Assembly (NCBI GenBank): GCA_039934115.1
Contig: JBDTMU010000001.1
Location: 1-33,656, forward strand
Direction: 5' to 3'
DNA: 33,656 bases
Origin: Chloroflexota bacterium
GTDB taxonomy: Bacteria > Chloroflexota > Limnocylindria > QHBO01
Shown: one piece after another, positions 17,991-25,344 of the stretch
How the letters are laid out: every line of letters starts with the position of its first letter
How positions within the stretch are numbered: the first letter of the stretch is position 1
Translations under genes and position numbers: made by a program
The notes under the pieces: generated by a model
What the model saw: only the letters and a program-made list of their open reading frames with translations
Database searches by the model: none
What the model was told of the DNA's origin: nothing

Positions 17991-18725
17991 ATGCTGCCCG
18001 TCTCTGAGCCGCCCCTCACCGCGGAGCTGATCCGCTCCCGTCACGACGGGTTGCTGCGAGGGTTGCGCGCGGCCGCCGAGGCCGGCGGCCAGGACCCCGA
18101 CGCGGTGCGCGTGCTGGCTGTCACCAAGGGCTTCGGGGCTGCGGTCATCCGCGAGGCGACCGCCGCGGGGCTGGGCCGTTTCGGCGAGAACCGGGTCCAG
18201 GAGGCAATCCCCAAGATGAGCGCGGCGCCCGATGCCGAATGGCACCTCGTCGGCCGCCTGCAGGCCAACAAGGCCAGGCCGGCGGTGCGCGGGTTCGCTG
18301 CCATACACTCGGTCGACTCGCTCGAGCTGCTGGCCCGCGTCGACCGGATCGCCGCGGAGGAGTCGCGGGCGCCGATGGCATTCCTCCAGGTCAACGTGAC
18401 CGCGGAGACGACGAAGGGAGGCTTCGCGCTGGACTGGTTCGAGGAGGCGGCGCGGCGCCCTGGTTCCCTGTCCGCCGCTGTCGCTGACCTGGTCGCCGTC
18501 CGCTTGGCAGGATTGATGACGATCGGGCCGGCCGGGGTCTCGCCCGAGCAGTCGCGGCGGGCCTTCGCCACGCTGCGACAGCTGAGGGATGACTTGCAGC
18601 AGCTGACCGGGCGTCCTCTCCCGGAGCTGTCGATGGGGATGACCGCGGATGCGGATGCGGCCGTGGCCGAGGGAGCGACCCTGGTCCGGATCGGCACCGC
18701 CATCTTCGGTCCCCGGCCCGCCTGA
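17991..18725 (+). CDS. yggS: PLP-binding homeostasis protein, YggS/YlmE family
   Basis: Motifs VLAVTKGF (PLP lysine context), FGENRVQEA and LSMGMTADADAAVAEGATLVRIGTAIFG. The in-frame ATG at 17991 is chosen; the longer ORF-track start overlaps ftsZ. Confidence 0.88.
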   Translation: MLPVSEPPLTAELIRSRHDGLLRGLRAAAEAGGQDPDAVRVLAVTKGFGAAVIREATAAGLGRFGENRVQEAIPKMSAAPDAEWHLVGRLQANKARPAVRGFAAIHSVDSLELLARVDRIAAEESRAPMAFLQVNVTAETTKGGFALDWFEEAARRPGSLSAAVADLVAVRLAGLMTIGPAGVSPEQSRRAFATLRQLRDDLQQLTGRPLPELSMGMTADADAAVAEGATLVRIGTAIFGPRPA

Positions 18726-18752
18726 GCACGCGCTGCTATCCTCGAAGTCGAG

Positions 18753-19010
18753 ATGCCGCTCGTCGTCCTCAACTTCCTCGAGCTCCTCATCAGCGCGCTG
18801 ATGCTGCTGGTGATCGCGCGCGTCGTGGTCAGCTGGCTCGCCCCGTCGGGGGGCGGTGGCCTGGTCGCGTTCATCTACCAGGCGACGGAGCCGATCCTGG
18901 CGCCGATCCGACGGGTGGTACGCCCGACCGGGGGACTCGACTGGGCACCGCTGATCGCGATGCTGGTCCTGGGCGTGTTGCTCCGCCTGGTCATTCGCCT
19001 CGGCAATTGA
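18753..19010 (+). CDS. yggT: YggT-family small membrane protein
   Basis: 85 aa with two TM segments. It has the typical YggT pattern (LLVIARVVVSWL ... EPILAPIRR ... GLDWAPLIAML) and the conserved pairing directly downstream of yggS. Confidence 0.8.
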   Translation: MPLVVLNFLELLISALMLLVIARVVVSWLAPSGGGGLVAFIYQATEPILAPIRRVVRPTGGLDWAPLIAMLVLGVLLRLVIRLGN

Positions 19011-19035
19011 GGGCCGGGAAGCCCATCGGTATACT
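19007..19035 (+). promoter_or_regulatory. candidate promoter for tRNA-Val (TTGAGG-N17-TATACT)
   Basis: The -35-like TTGAGG (19007-19012) overlaps the yggT stop. After a 17-nt spacer comes TATACT (19030-19035), 13 nt before the tRNA 5' end. Confidence 0.4.
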
Positions 19036-19048
19036 GCGAACCCCGCGT

Positions 19049-19126
<78 letters not shown>

Positions 19127-19153
19127 CCCCATCCCCAACGGCGCAGGTGACCG

Positions 19154-20440
19154 ATGCCCCCGCCCCAGGCGCCTAGCCGCCCTCGCCGCCTTCGCGCCAT
19201 CCGGATGCTCAAGCCGCTGGCTGAGCGCGACTACGCGCTGCTGGCTGGTGGTTCGCTCATCTCGCAGCTGGGGGACGGCTTCTTCTTCGTCGCCCTCGCC
19301 TGGCAGGTGTACCAGATCAGCAACGTGCCGACCGCCCTGTCGCTGGTCGGCCTGGCCTGGACCCTCCCGTTGGTCCTCTTCGTGCTGATCGGCGGCGTCT
19401 TCAGCGACCGATACGACCGGCGCTGGCTGATGGTCGGCGCAGACCTGATCCGCGCACTGGCGATTGGGCTGATTGGGGTCCTGTCGGTGCTCGGCGTGCT
19501 CGACCTGTGGCACGTTGTGGCACTCATCGCGTTCGTTGGCCTGGGTGACGCGTTCTTCAACCCGGCCTCGACGGCGATCGTGCCCGACCTGCTGCCGGAG
19601 GACCAGCTGCCCTCTGCCAACGCCCTGCAGGGGTTGATCCGGCCGCTCGCCATTCGCCTCATCGGACCGGCCATCGGCGGCTTCACGGTAGCGGCAATCG
19701 GACCGGGCACCGCCTTCCTGTTCGATGCCGGCAGCTTCCTGGTCTCGGCGATCGCCATCCTGGCGATCGCTCCGCGTCCCCGCCACGAGGTGGCTGACCA
19801 CGGCCTGCGCCAGACGGTGAGCGAGGTCCGTGAGGGGGTGACATTCGTGCGGGCCACGCCCTGGATCTGGGCCACCCTCCTTTCGGCGATGCTCAGCCTG
19901 CTCGTCTTCGTGGGTCCCCAGCAGGCCCTGCTGCCATTCCTGGTCAAGAACCGCCTTGAGCTGGGAGCCGACGCACTGGGCGCGATCTTCGCGGTCGGGG
20001 GCATAGGGTCGGTGCTGACCGCGATCGCCGTGGGACACTTCGGCCAGCCCCGCCGACGCGTGACGGCGATGTACGTTTCGTGGTCGCTTGGCGTGCTCCT
20101 CATCGGCGGCTTCGGCCTCATGACCGAGCTGTGGCATGCCCTGCTCCTGTCTGCGGTGGGAGCCTCGCTCTTCGAGCTGGGCCAGATCATCTGGACCACG
20201 ATGCTCCAGCAGCTCGTCCCGCGTGAGCTGCTCGGCCGCGTCTCAAGCCTCGACTGGCTGGTCTCGATCGGGCTGGTGCCGGTCTCGTTCGCGCTGACCG
20301 GCCCCGTGGCCGCGGCGATCGGTCCCGAGATGACACTGGTACTGGCGGGGACCATCGGCGCCGTGCTGATGGGCGCCCTGCTCTTTGCACCCGGTGTTCG
20401 GGATCCGGAGCGTGCCATCCCGCGCGAGGCTGCTGCGTGA
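19154..20440 (+). CDS. MFS transporter (about 12 TM; resembles the EntS/MFS_3-type exporter group)
   Basis: 428 aa, hydrophobic throughout. The N-terminal pattern ERDYALLAGGSLISQLGDGFFFVALAWQV and the motif GGVFSDRYDRR after TM2 are typical of this MFS subgroup. AGGTGA lies upstream of the ATG. Confidence 0.88.
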   Translation: MPPPQAPSRPRRLRAIRMLKPLAERDYALLAGGSLISQLGDGFFFVALAWQVYQISNVPTALSLVGLAWTLPLVLFVLIGGVFSDRYDRRWLMVGADLIRALAIGLIGVLSVLGVLDLWHVVALIAFVGLGDAFFNPASTAIVPDLLPEDQLPSANALQGLIRPLAIRLIGPAIGGFTVAAIGPGTAFLFDAGSFLVSAIAILAIAPRPRHEVADHGLRQTVSEVREGVTFVRATPWIWATLLSAMLSLLVFVGPQQALLPFLVKNRLELGADALGAIFAVGGIGSVLTAIAVGHFGQPRRRVTAMYVSWSLGVLLIGGFGLMTELWHALLLSAVGASLFELGQIIWTTMLQQLVPRELLGRVSSLDWLVSIGLVPVSFALTGPVAAAIGPEMTLVLAGTIGAVLMGALLFAPGVRDPERAIPREAAA

Positions 20441-21660
20441 GCCGCGGCGAAGCGGCGCCAATCCGAGTCGCGATCTTCGGCGAGACGTACCTGCCCTACC
20501 TCTCCGGCGTGACCGTCTCGACCGAGGCACTCGCTCGCGGCCTGGGCGCCGCTGGACACGAGGTGCTGCTGGTGGTGCCGCGGCCCGCCGACGGCAGCGA
20601 GCCGGGGACCGCCGGCGCCCTGGGACCGGACCCCCGCTTGGCGTGGCTCCCATCGTTCCAGGCGCCGGGTCCGGCACCCTCCGGCTACCGGGTGCCGAGT
20701 CCGATCCCATCCGCGGCGCTCGACTCCGCCACCGCCTTCGCGCCGCAGATCGTCCACGCCCAGTCGCCGTTCACCTCCGGGCTGATGGCGCGACGCCTGG
20801 CCCGGCGGCTCGGGGCGCCGCTGGTCTTCACGCATCACACCCGTTTCGGCGACTACCGCCACTATCTCGGGCCGCTGGCCCTTCCCGGCTCGGTGCTGAT
20901 GGATGCCTACCTGCGCCGCTTCTGGCGTAGCTGCGCGGCGATCGTGGCGCCGGGCAACGAGCTGTCGCGGGAGATCGCCGATCGCCTCGGTCAGCGCCCG
21001 CGGCCGCTGGTGCGGACGATCCCGACCGGCATCGACGTGGCCGCATTGGCGGCGCTGCCCGCCGTGGACCCGCGGCCGGCAGCCGGTTGGCCAGGCGACG
21101 CGGTTGTGGTGGCGAGCCTTGGCAGGCTGGCCCCCGAGAAGAGCGTGGACCTCGTCCTCGCTGCCTTCGCCGAGGTTGCGGCGACCGACGACGCCGCCCG
21201 CCTGGTCATGATCGGGGGCGGTCCGTCCGAGTCGTCGCTTCGTCGGCGGGCCGCGCTGCCCGACCTGGCAGGCAGGGTGCACCTGACCGGGCAGCTGCCG
21301 CGCCGCGAGGCGCTCTCGTTGGCCAAGGGCGCGGACCTGCTCCTCGCGGCATCGCGCACCGAGACACAGGGGCTGGTGCTGGCCGAGGCGCTGGCGGTCG
21401 GCCTGCCGGTGGTGGCCCTGGCCGGACCCGGCGTCGCCGATTCAGTGCGCGACGGCGTCGACGGGATGGTCGTCCCGGTCGAGCCGGCGGGTGACCGGCG
21501 AGCCCGGCTCGCCGCCACCGTTCGTGGCCTTGTCGGCGACCCCGCTCGCCGGGCCACGCTGGCTCAGGCGGCGGTCAATGGGGCGGATCGCTTCGATGTG
21601 GCTACGCGCATCGGCAGCATGGTCGCGCTGTACCGGGAGCTTCTCGCGGAACCGAGCTGA
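20437..21660 (+). CDS. GT4-family (GT-B) glycosyltransferase, glycolipid-synthase-like
   Basis: GTGA overlap with the MFS gene. The N-terminus RVAIFGETYLPYLSGVTVSTEALARGLGAAGHEVLLV and the C-terminal E-x7-E region ETQGLVLAEALAVGLPVV are typical of glycosyl transferase group 1. Confidence 0.88.
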   Translation: MSRGEAAPIRVAIFGETYLPYLSGVTVSTEALARGLGAAGHEVLLVVPRPADGSEPGTAGALGPDPRLAWLPSFQAPGPAPSGYRVPSPIPSAALDSATAFAPQIVHAQSPFTSGLMARRLARRLGAPLVFTHHTRFGDYRHYLGPLALPGSVLMDAYLRRFWRSCAAIVAPGNELSREIADRLGQRPRPLVRTIPTGIDVAALAALPAVDPRPAAGWPGDAVVVASLGRLAPEKSVDLVLAAFAEVAATDDAARLVMIGGGPSESSLRRRAALPDLAGRVHLTGQLPRREALSLAKGADLLLAASRTETQGLVLAEALAVGLPVVALAGPGVADSVRDGVDGMVVPVEPAGDRRARLAATVRGLVGDPARRATLAQAAVNGADRFDVATRIGSMVALYRELLAEPS

Positions 21661-21675
21661 CAATCGGCTCATTGC

Positions 21676-21703
21676 TTGCACCGGCTGTCGCGCCGCGTAC
21701 AAT
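21676..21703 (+). promoter_or_regulatory. sigma-70 type promoter (TTGCAC-N16-TACAAT) upstream of the NUDIX-gcv genes
   Basis: TTGCAC at 21676-21681, a 16-nt spacer, and TACAAT at 21698-21703. It shares the GTACAATG context of the mraZ promoter. Confidence 0.6.
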
Positions 21704-21710
21704 GCCAGCC

Positions 21711-21980
21711 ATGCGCGCGAGTCTGACGGCCCGGTTCGTCTCCCATCCCGCGATCGCCTTCGGAGCGCGCCGCGCAGCCGGTCGCAAGCGGAGTCTCGGG
21801 TTGCAGACCTCGTCGCTCATCTATCACGCCTCATCGTTCGCGCACCATCGCGCGCCGACCATCGCCGCCCTGCGTTCACCGACGAGTCGCTTCCGGTTTC
21901 CGTCGGTGGGCAGCGTCGGCCGCGTCAGCCCGCGTCGCGCCCTCCTGTCGCTCGGGCTACCGCGCGCCCGTCGCGCATAG
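21711..21980 (+). CDS. possible leaderless small basic protein (89 aa); alternatively a non-coding 5' leader
   Basis: The ATG at 21711 lies 7 nt after the -10 hexamer, which suggests a leaderless mRNA. Hand-counted GC3 is about 81%, versus about 68% in the alternative NUDIX-extension frame and about 90% in ftsZ. The product is Arg/Ser/Ala-rich with no recognisable family. Confidence 0.3.
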   Translation: MRASLTARFVSHPAIAFGARRAAGRKRSLGLQTSSLIYHASSFAHHRAPTIAALRSPTSRFRFPSVGSVGRVSPRRALLSLGLPRARRA

Positions 21981-21988
21981 CGCCGCGG

Positions 21989-22459
21989 GTGCCCGCGCTG
22001 CGTTCCGCCAGGGCGACGTCTGCCGGCGGGGTCGTCCACCGCACTGAGGGCGGTCGAGTCGAGATCGTCCTGGTTCGCCGTCGCCAGCCGCCACTCTGGG
22101 CGCTCCCCAAGGGAACCCCCAACTCGGGCGAGACGCTGGCCGAGACGGCCGTTCGGGAGACAAGCGAGGAGACCGGCCTGCTGGTCGAGATCGAGGAGCC
22201 GATCAGGGCCATCACCTACTTCTTCGTCCATGGCCGGACGCGCTTCCACAAGACTGTCCATTTCTTCCTGATGCATCCGATCGGCGGTCGGCTGGAGGAC
22301 CACGACCACGAGTTCGACGAGGCCGACTGGTTCCAGCTGGACGAGGCGCTGAAGGTGATGACCCACGCCACCGAACGGGAGGTCGTGCTGCGCGCTGCCG
22401 AGCTCCTGGCGGCGCGCGGAGAGGTGGCGGAACTGTCGGTCAGCCGGGCCCCGTCGTGA
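21989..22459 (+). CDS. NUDIX hydrolase
   Basis: NUDIX box GTPNSGETLAETAVRETSEETGL (G-x5-E-x7-REUxEExGU). The GTG at 21989 is chosen, 13 codons before the first conserved strand. The stop overlaps the gcvT GTG (GTGA). The start is uncertain. Confidence 0.8.
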   Translation: MPALRSARATSAGGVVHRTEGGRVEIVLVRRRQPPLWALPKGTPNSGETLAETAVRETSEETGLLVEIEEPIRAITYFFVHGRTRFHKTVHFFLMHPIGGRLEDHDHEFDEADWFQLDEALKVMTHATEREVVLRAAELLAARGEVAELSVSRAPS

Positions 22460-23580
22460 CCGAGGCCCCGGCGCTCCTGCGCCACACGCCGCTCCATGCC
22501 AGCCACCTGGCGCTTCACGCCCGGATGGTTCCGTACGCCGGCTACGAGATGCCGGTCCAGTACACCTCGATCATCGACGAGCACCGCACCGTGCGCAGCG
22601 CCGTCGGCCTCTTCGATCTCTCCCACATGGGGGAGATCCATCTGTCGGGGCCCGAGGCCCTCGCCTTCGCCCGCTACGCGCTCGTCAGCGACCCGGGACT
22701 GCTGGAGCCGGGCCAGGCCCAGTACTCGATGCTGTGCGCTCCCGACGGCGGGATCATCGACGACGTGATCGTGTACCGCGTCGAGGACGGCTACCTGATC
22801 GTGTGCAATGCCGCAAATCACGATGCGGTGCTGGCTCAACTGGAGTCCCTCAGCGCCAGCGGCGACTTCGACGTGCACGTGGCGGACCGCTCGGACGAGA
22901 CGGCCCTGATCGCACCGCAGGGCCCGAAGGCCGCGGAGCTGCTCGGCCGGCTCACCGACCTCGATCTGTCGTCGCTCGGCAACTATCGCTCGTTCCAGGG
23001 CCGGGTCGCCGGCACCGAGTGCCTGGTGGCCCGCACCGGCTATACCGGCGAGGACGGGTTCGAGTTGTTCTGCGCGGCGCGCCGTGCCCAACGCCTGTGG
23101 GACGCGCTCATCTCGACCGGCGACGACCTCGGGCTCAAGCCCTGCGGGCTCGGGAGCCGCGACACGCTCCGCCTGGAGGCGGGGATGCCGCTGTATGGCA
23201 ACGAGCTGGACCGATCGGTGAACCCATATGAGGCGAACCTGGGACGGGTGGTCAAGCTGGAGAAGGGCGAGTTCGCTGGGCGCGCAGCGCTGTCAGCGGT
23301 GCAGCAGACCGGTCCGCAGCGCAGGCTAGTCGGGCTGATGATGCGCGACGAGGCGATCGCCCGGCATGGCTACCCGGTCCTGGTCGATGGGACGGAGGCG
23401 GGGGTGGTGACGAGCGGAACCCTCTCACCCACCCTCGGCGAGAGGATCGCCATGGCCTACCTACCCGCCGGCCATGCCGCCGTCGGTGGCGCTGTCGAGG
23501 TGCTCGTCCGCGAGCGCCCACACCCCGCCGAGCAGGTAAAGTTGCCGTTCTATCGCCGCCCAAAGCCGGACACCGCCTGA
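22456..23580 (+). CDS. gcvT: glycine cleavage system aminomethyltransferase (T protein)
   Basis: 374 aa. Motifs TPLHASHLALHARMVPYAGYEMPVQY, GLFDLSHMGEI and TGYTGEDGFEL. Confidence 0.95.
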   Translation: MTEAPALLRHTPLHASHLALHARMVPYAGYEMPVQYTSIIDEHRTVRSAVGLFDLSHMGEIHLSGPEALAFARYALVSDPGLLEPGQAQYSMLCAPDGGIIDDVIVYRVEDGYLIVCNAANHDAVLAQLESLSASGDFDVHVADRSDETALIAPQGPKAAELLGRLTDLDLSSLGNYRSFQGRVAGTECLVARTGYTGEDGFELFCAARRAQRLWDALISTGDDLGLKPCGLGSRDTLRLEAGMPLYGNELDRSVNPYEANLGRVVKLEKGEFAGRAALSAVQQTGPQRRLVGLMMRDEAIARHGYPVLVDGTEAGVVTSGTLSPTLGERIAMAYLPAGHAAVGGAVEVLVRERPHPAEQVKLPFYRRPKPDTA

Positions 23581-23614
23581 GCGCGACCGGCGCACTGTCC
23601 CCTGAAGGAGCCCG

Positions 23615-24001
23615 ATGTCCGCCACCCCACCCGACGACCGGCGCTACTCGCGTGAGCACGAGTGGGTGCGCGTCGAAGGCTCCGTCGCCGTCATCGGGAT
23701 CACGAGCTTCGCCGCCAATGAGCTGGGCGACATCGTCTACGTCGAGCTGCCGGAGATCGGGGCAGGCGTGGCTCAATTTGCGAGCTTCGGCGTGGTCGAG
23801 AGCGTCAAGGCGGTGAGCGATCTGTTCGCGCCCGTCTCTGGAGAGGTGACCGAGACGAACGCCGAGCTGCGCGGCAGCCCTGAGCTGCTCAACACCGACC
23901 CGTTCGGCGCCGGCTGGATCGCGAAGGTCACGCTCACCGATCCGGCGGAGATGGACAAGCTCCTGGACGCGGCGGCCTACGCGGAGCTCACCGCCGGCTG
24001 A
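23615..24001 (+). CDS. gcvH: glycine cleavage system H protein (lipoyl carrier)
   Basis: 128 aa. YSREHEWV, the lipoyl-lysine motif VESVKAVSDLFAPVSGEV, and GAAGGAG as SD. Confidence 0.96.
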   Translation: MSATPPDDRRYSREHEWVRVEGSVAVIGITSFAANELGDIVYVELPEIGAGVAQFASFGVVESVKAVSDLFAPVSGEVTETNAELRGSPELLNTDPFGAGWIAKVTLTDPAEMDKLLDAAAYAELTAG

Positions 24002-25344
24002 TGTCCTACTCCCCGCACACCGCTGCCGACCGCGAGCGGATGCTCGCGGCGATCGGGGTCGCATCGGTCGACGACCTCTTCGCCGACATTCCCGCGGCGG
24101 TGCGCGCGACCGGCTTCGACTTGCCCGCGCCGCTCACCGAGCAGGAGGTCCGCGCCGAGCTCGCGCGCCTGGCCGGGCAGAACCGGATCCCGCGCGTCAG
24201 CTTCCTGGGTGCCGGGGTCTACCGCCACCTGGTCCCGGCCGTGGTCAACGAGGTGATCGGGCGCGCCGAGTTTTCGACCTCGTACACCCCCTACCAGCCT
24301 GAGGTCAGCCAGGGGACCCTGCAGAGCATCTACGAGTTCCAGTCGCTGATCTGCGAGCTGACCGGGATGGAGGTTGCGTCCGCTTCGCATTACGACGGGG
24401 CAACCGCGACGGCCGAGGCGGCGCTGATGGCATGCCGCCTGACCGGACGCCACCGGGTCGCTGTCTCGACCGCGGTGAACCCCCAGGTTCGTCGCGTGCT
24501 CGCCACCTACTGCGCCGGGCCGGGGATCGAGATCGTGGAGGTGCCCGCCGACACGTCCGAGGGCGGGACCGGCCTGACCGCGCCGGACGCGGCCGCCCGC
24601 GTGCTGAGCGACGACTGCGCCTGCCTCATCGCCCAGCAGCCGAACGTGTTCGGCGGGATCGAGCCGATGGCGGAGCTGGCTGACACCGCACATGGCGCCG
24701 GCGCTCTGATGGTGGCGGTGGTGGAGCCGACATCGCTTGCCCTGCTCGCCGCGCCCGGATCCTACGGGGCCGATATCGTGGCCGCCGAGGGCCAGCCACT
24801 CGGCATCCCGCCGTCGTACGGCGGGCCGTACGTGGGGCTCATGGCCGCCCGCATGGAGTCCGTGCGGCAGATGCCCGGCCGGCTGGTCGGCGCGACGCGC
24901 GACGGGCAGGGGCGCAAGGGCTACGTGCTCACCCTCCAGGCGCGCGAGCAGCACATCCGCCGTGAGAAGGCGGCCAGCAACATCTGCACCAACCAGGCGC
25001 TCTGCGCGCTCGCTGCAGCCACATACCTGTCGGCGGTCGGCCCGGAGGGCCTCCGCGAGGTGGCCGACCTGTCCGCCACGCAGGCGCGCCACGTGGCGGC
25101 GGCGATCGAGGCGGCCGGCCTCGGTCAGCGTCGCTTCAGCGCGCCGTATTTCGCCGAGGTGGCGATCCTGGTTCCCGACGCAGCTCGCCGGCATGCCACC
25201 CTCGCCGAGCAGGGGATCGTGGCGGGCTTTCCCCTCCACACCGACTATCCCGAGCTGGCCGACACGCTGCTGCTGGCCGCGACCGAGCTGACCACCGATG
25301 CCGATGTCGAAGCCCTGGTCGAGGGCCTGGGGTCGACCCGATGA
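24001..25344 (+). CDS. gcvPA: glycine dehydrogenase (decarboxylating) subunit 1
   Basis: 447 aa. The start overlaps the gcvH stop (TGATG). Motifs SFLGAGVYRH, YTPYQPEVSQGTLQ and REQHIRREKAASNICTNQAL. Confidence 0.95.
   Translation: MSYSPHTAADRERMLAAIGVASVDDLFADIPAAVRATGFDLPAPLTEQEVRAELARLAGQNRIPRVSFLGAGVYRHLVPAVVNEVIGRAEFSTSYTPYQPEVSQGTLQSIYEFQSLICELTGMEVASASHYDGATATAEAALMACRLTGRHRVAVSTAVNPQVRRVLATYCAGPGIEIVEVPADTSEGGTGLTAPDAAARVLSDDCACLIAQQPNVFGGIEPMAELADTAHGAGALMVAVVEPTSLALLAAPGSYGADIVAAEGQPLGIPPSYGGPYVGLMAARMESVRQMPGRLVGATRDGQGRKGYVLTLQAREQHIRREKAASNICTNQALCALAAATYLSAVGPEGLREVADLSATQARHVAAAIEAAGLGQRRFSAPYFAEVAILVPDAARRHATLAEQGIVAGFPLHTDYPELADTLLLAATELTTDADVEALVEGLGSTR

Noticed and set aside
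19231-21282. Very long antisense ORF (683 aa) spanning the MFS and GT4 genes. Similar long minus-strand ORFs occur at 7483..9111, 5710..7110, 3668..4714, 11574..13052, 15586..16854 and 25245..26267.
   Set aside because: Their translations are Arg/Ala/Gly/Pro-rich low-complexity sequence with no motifs. The + strand frames opposite them carry unambiguous family signatures. Stop-poor shadow ORFs are expected opposite genuine genes in very GC-rich DNA.
19127-21660. Possible genomic island inserted at tRNA-Val (the MFS and glycosyltransferase genes).
   Set aside because: There is no integrase or recombinase, no visible direct repeat of the tRNA 3' end, no compositional shift by eye, and the same tight operon style as the flanking core genes.
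21704-21988. Expected a glycine riboswitch upstream of the glycine-cleavage genes.
   Set aside because: I could not find the conserved aptamer cores (GGAGAG ... ACCGAAGGGGCAA ... CUCAGGCAAAAGGAC type) on the + strand. I also saw no ZTP-like (GACUGGCG ... CCGCCUGGGC) arrangement; the only loose match is CCGCCAGGGC at 22013-22022, inside the NUDIX coding region. This needs a covariance-model scan to be definitive.
21491-21988. Long N-terminal extension of the NUDIX ORF as given in the ORF track (322 aa, starting inside the glycosyltransferase gene).
   Set aside because: The extension overlaps the GT4 gene and the promoter. It has only about 68% GC3 by hand count and no homology-like features. 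NUDIX domains normally start about 10-20 residues before the first strand, which fits the GTG at 21989.
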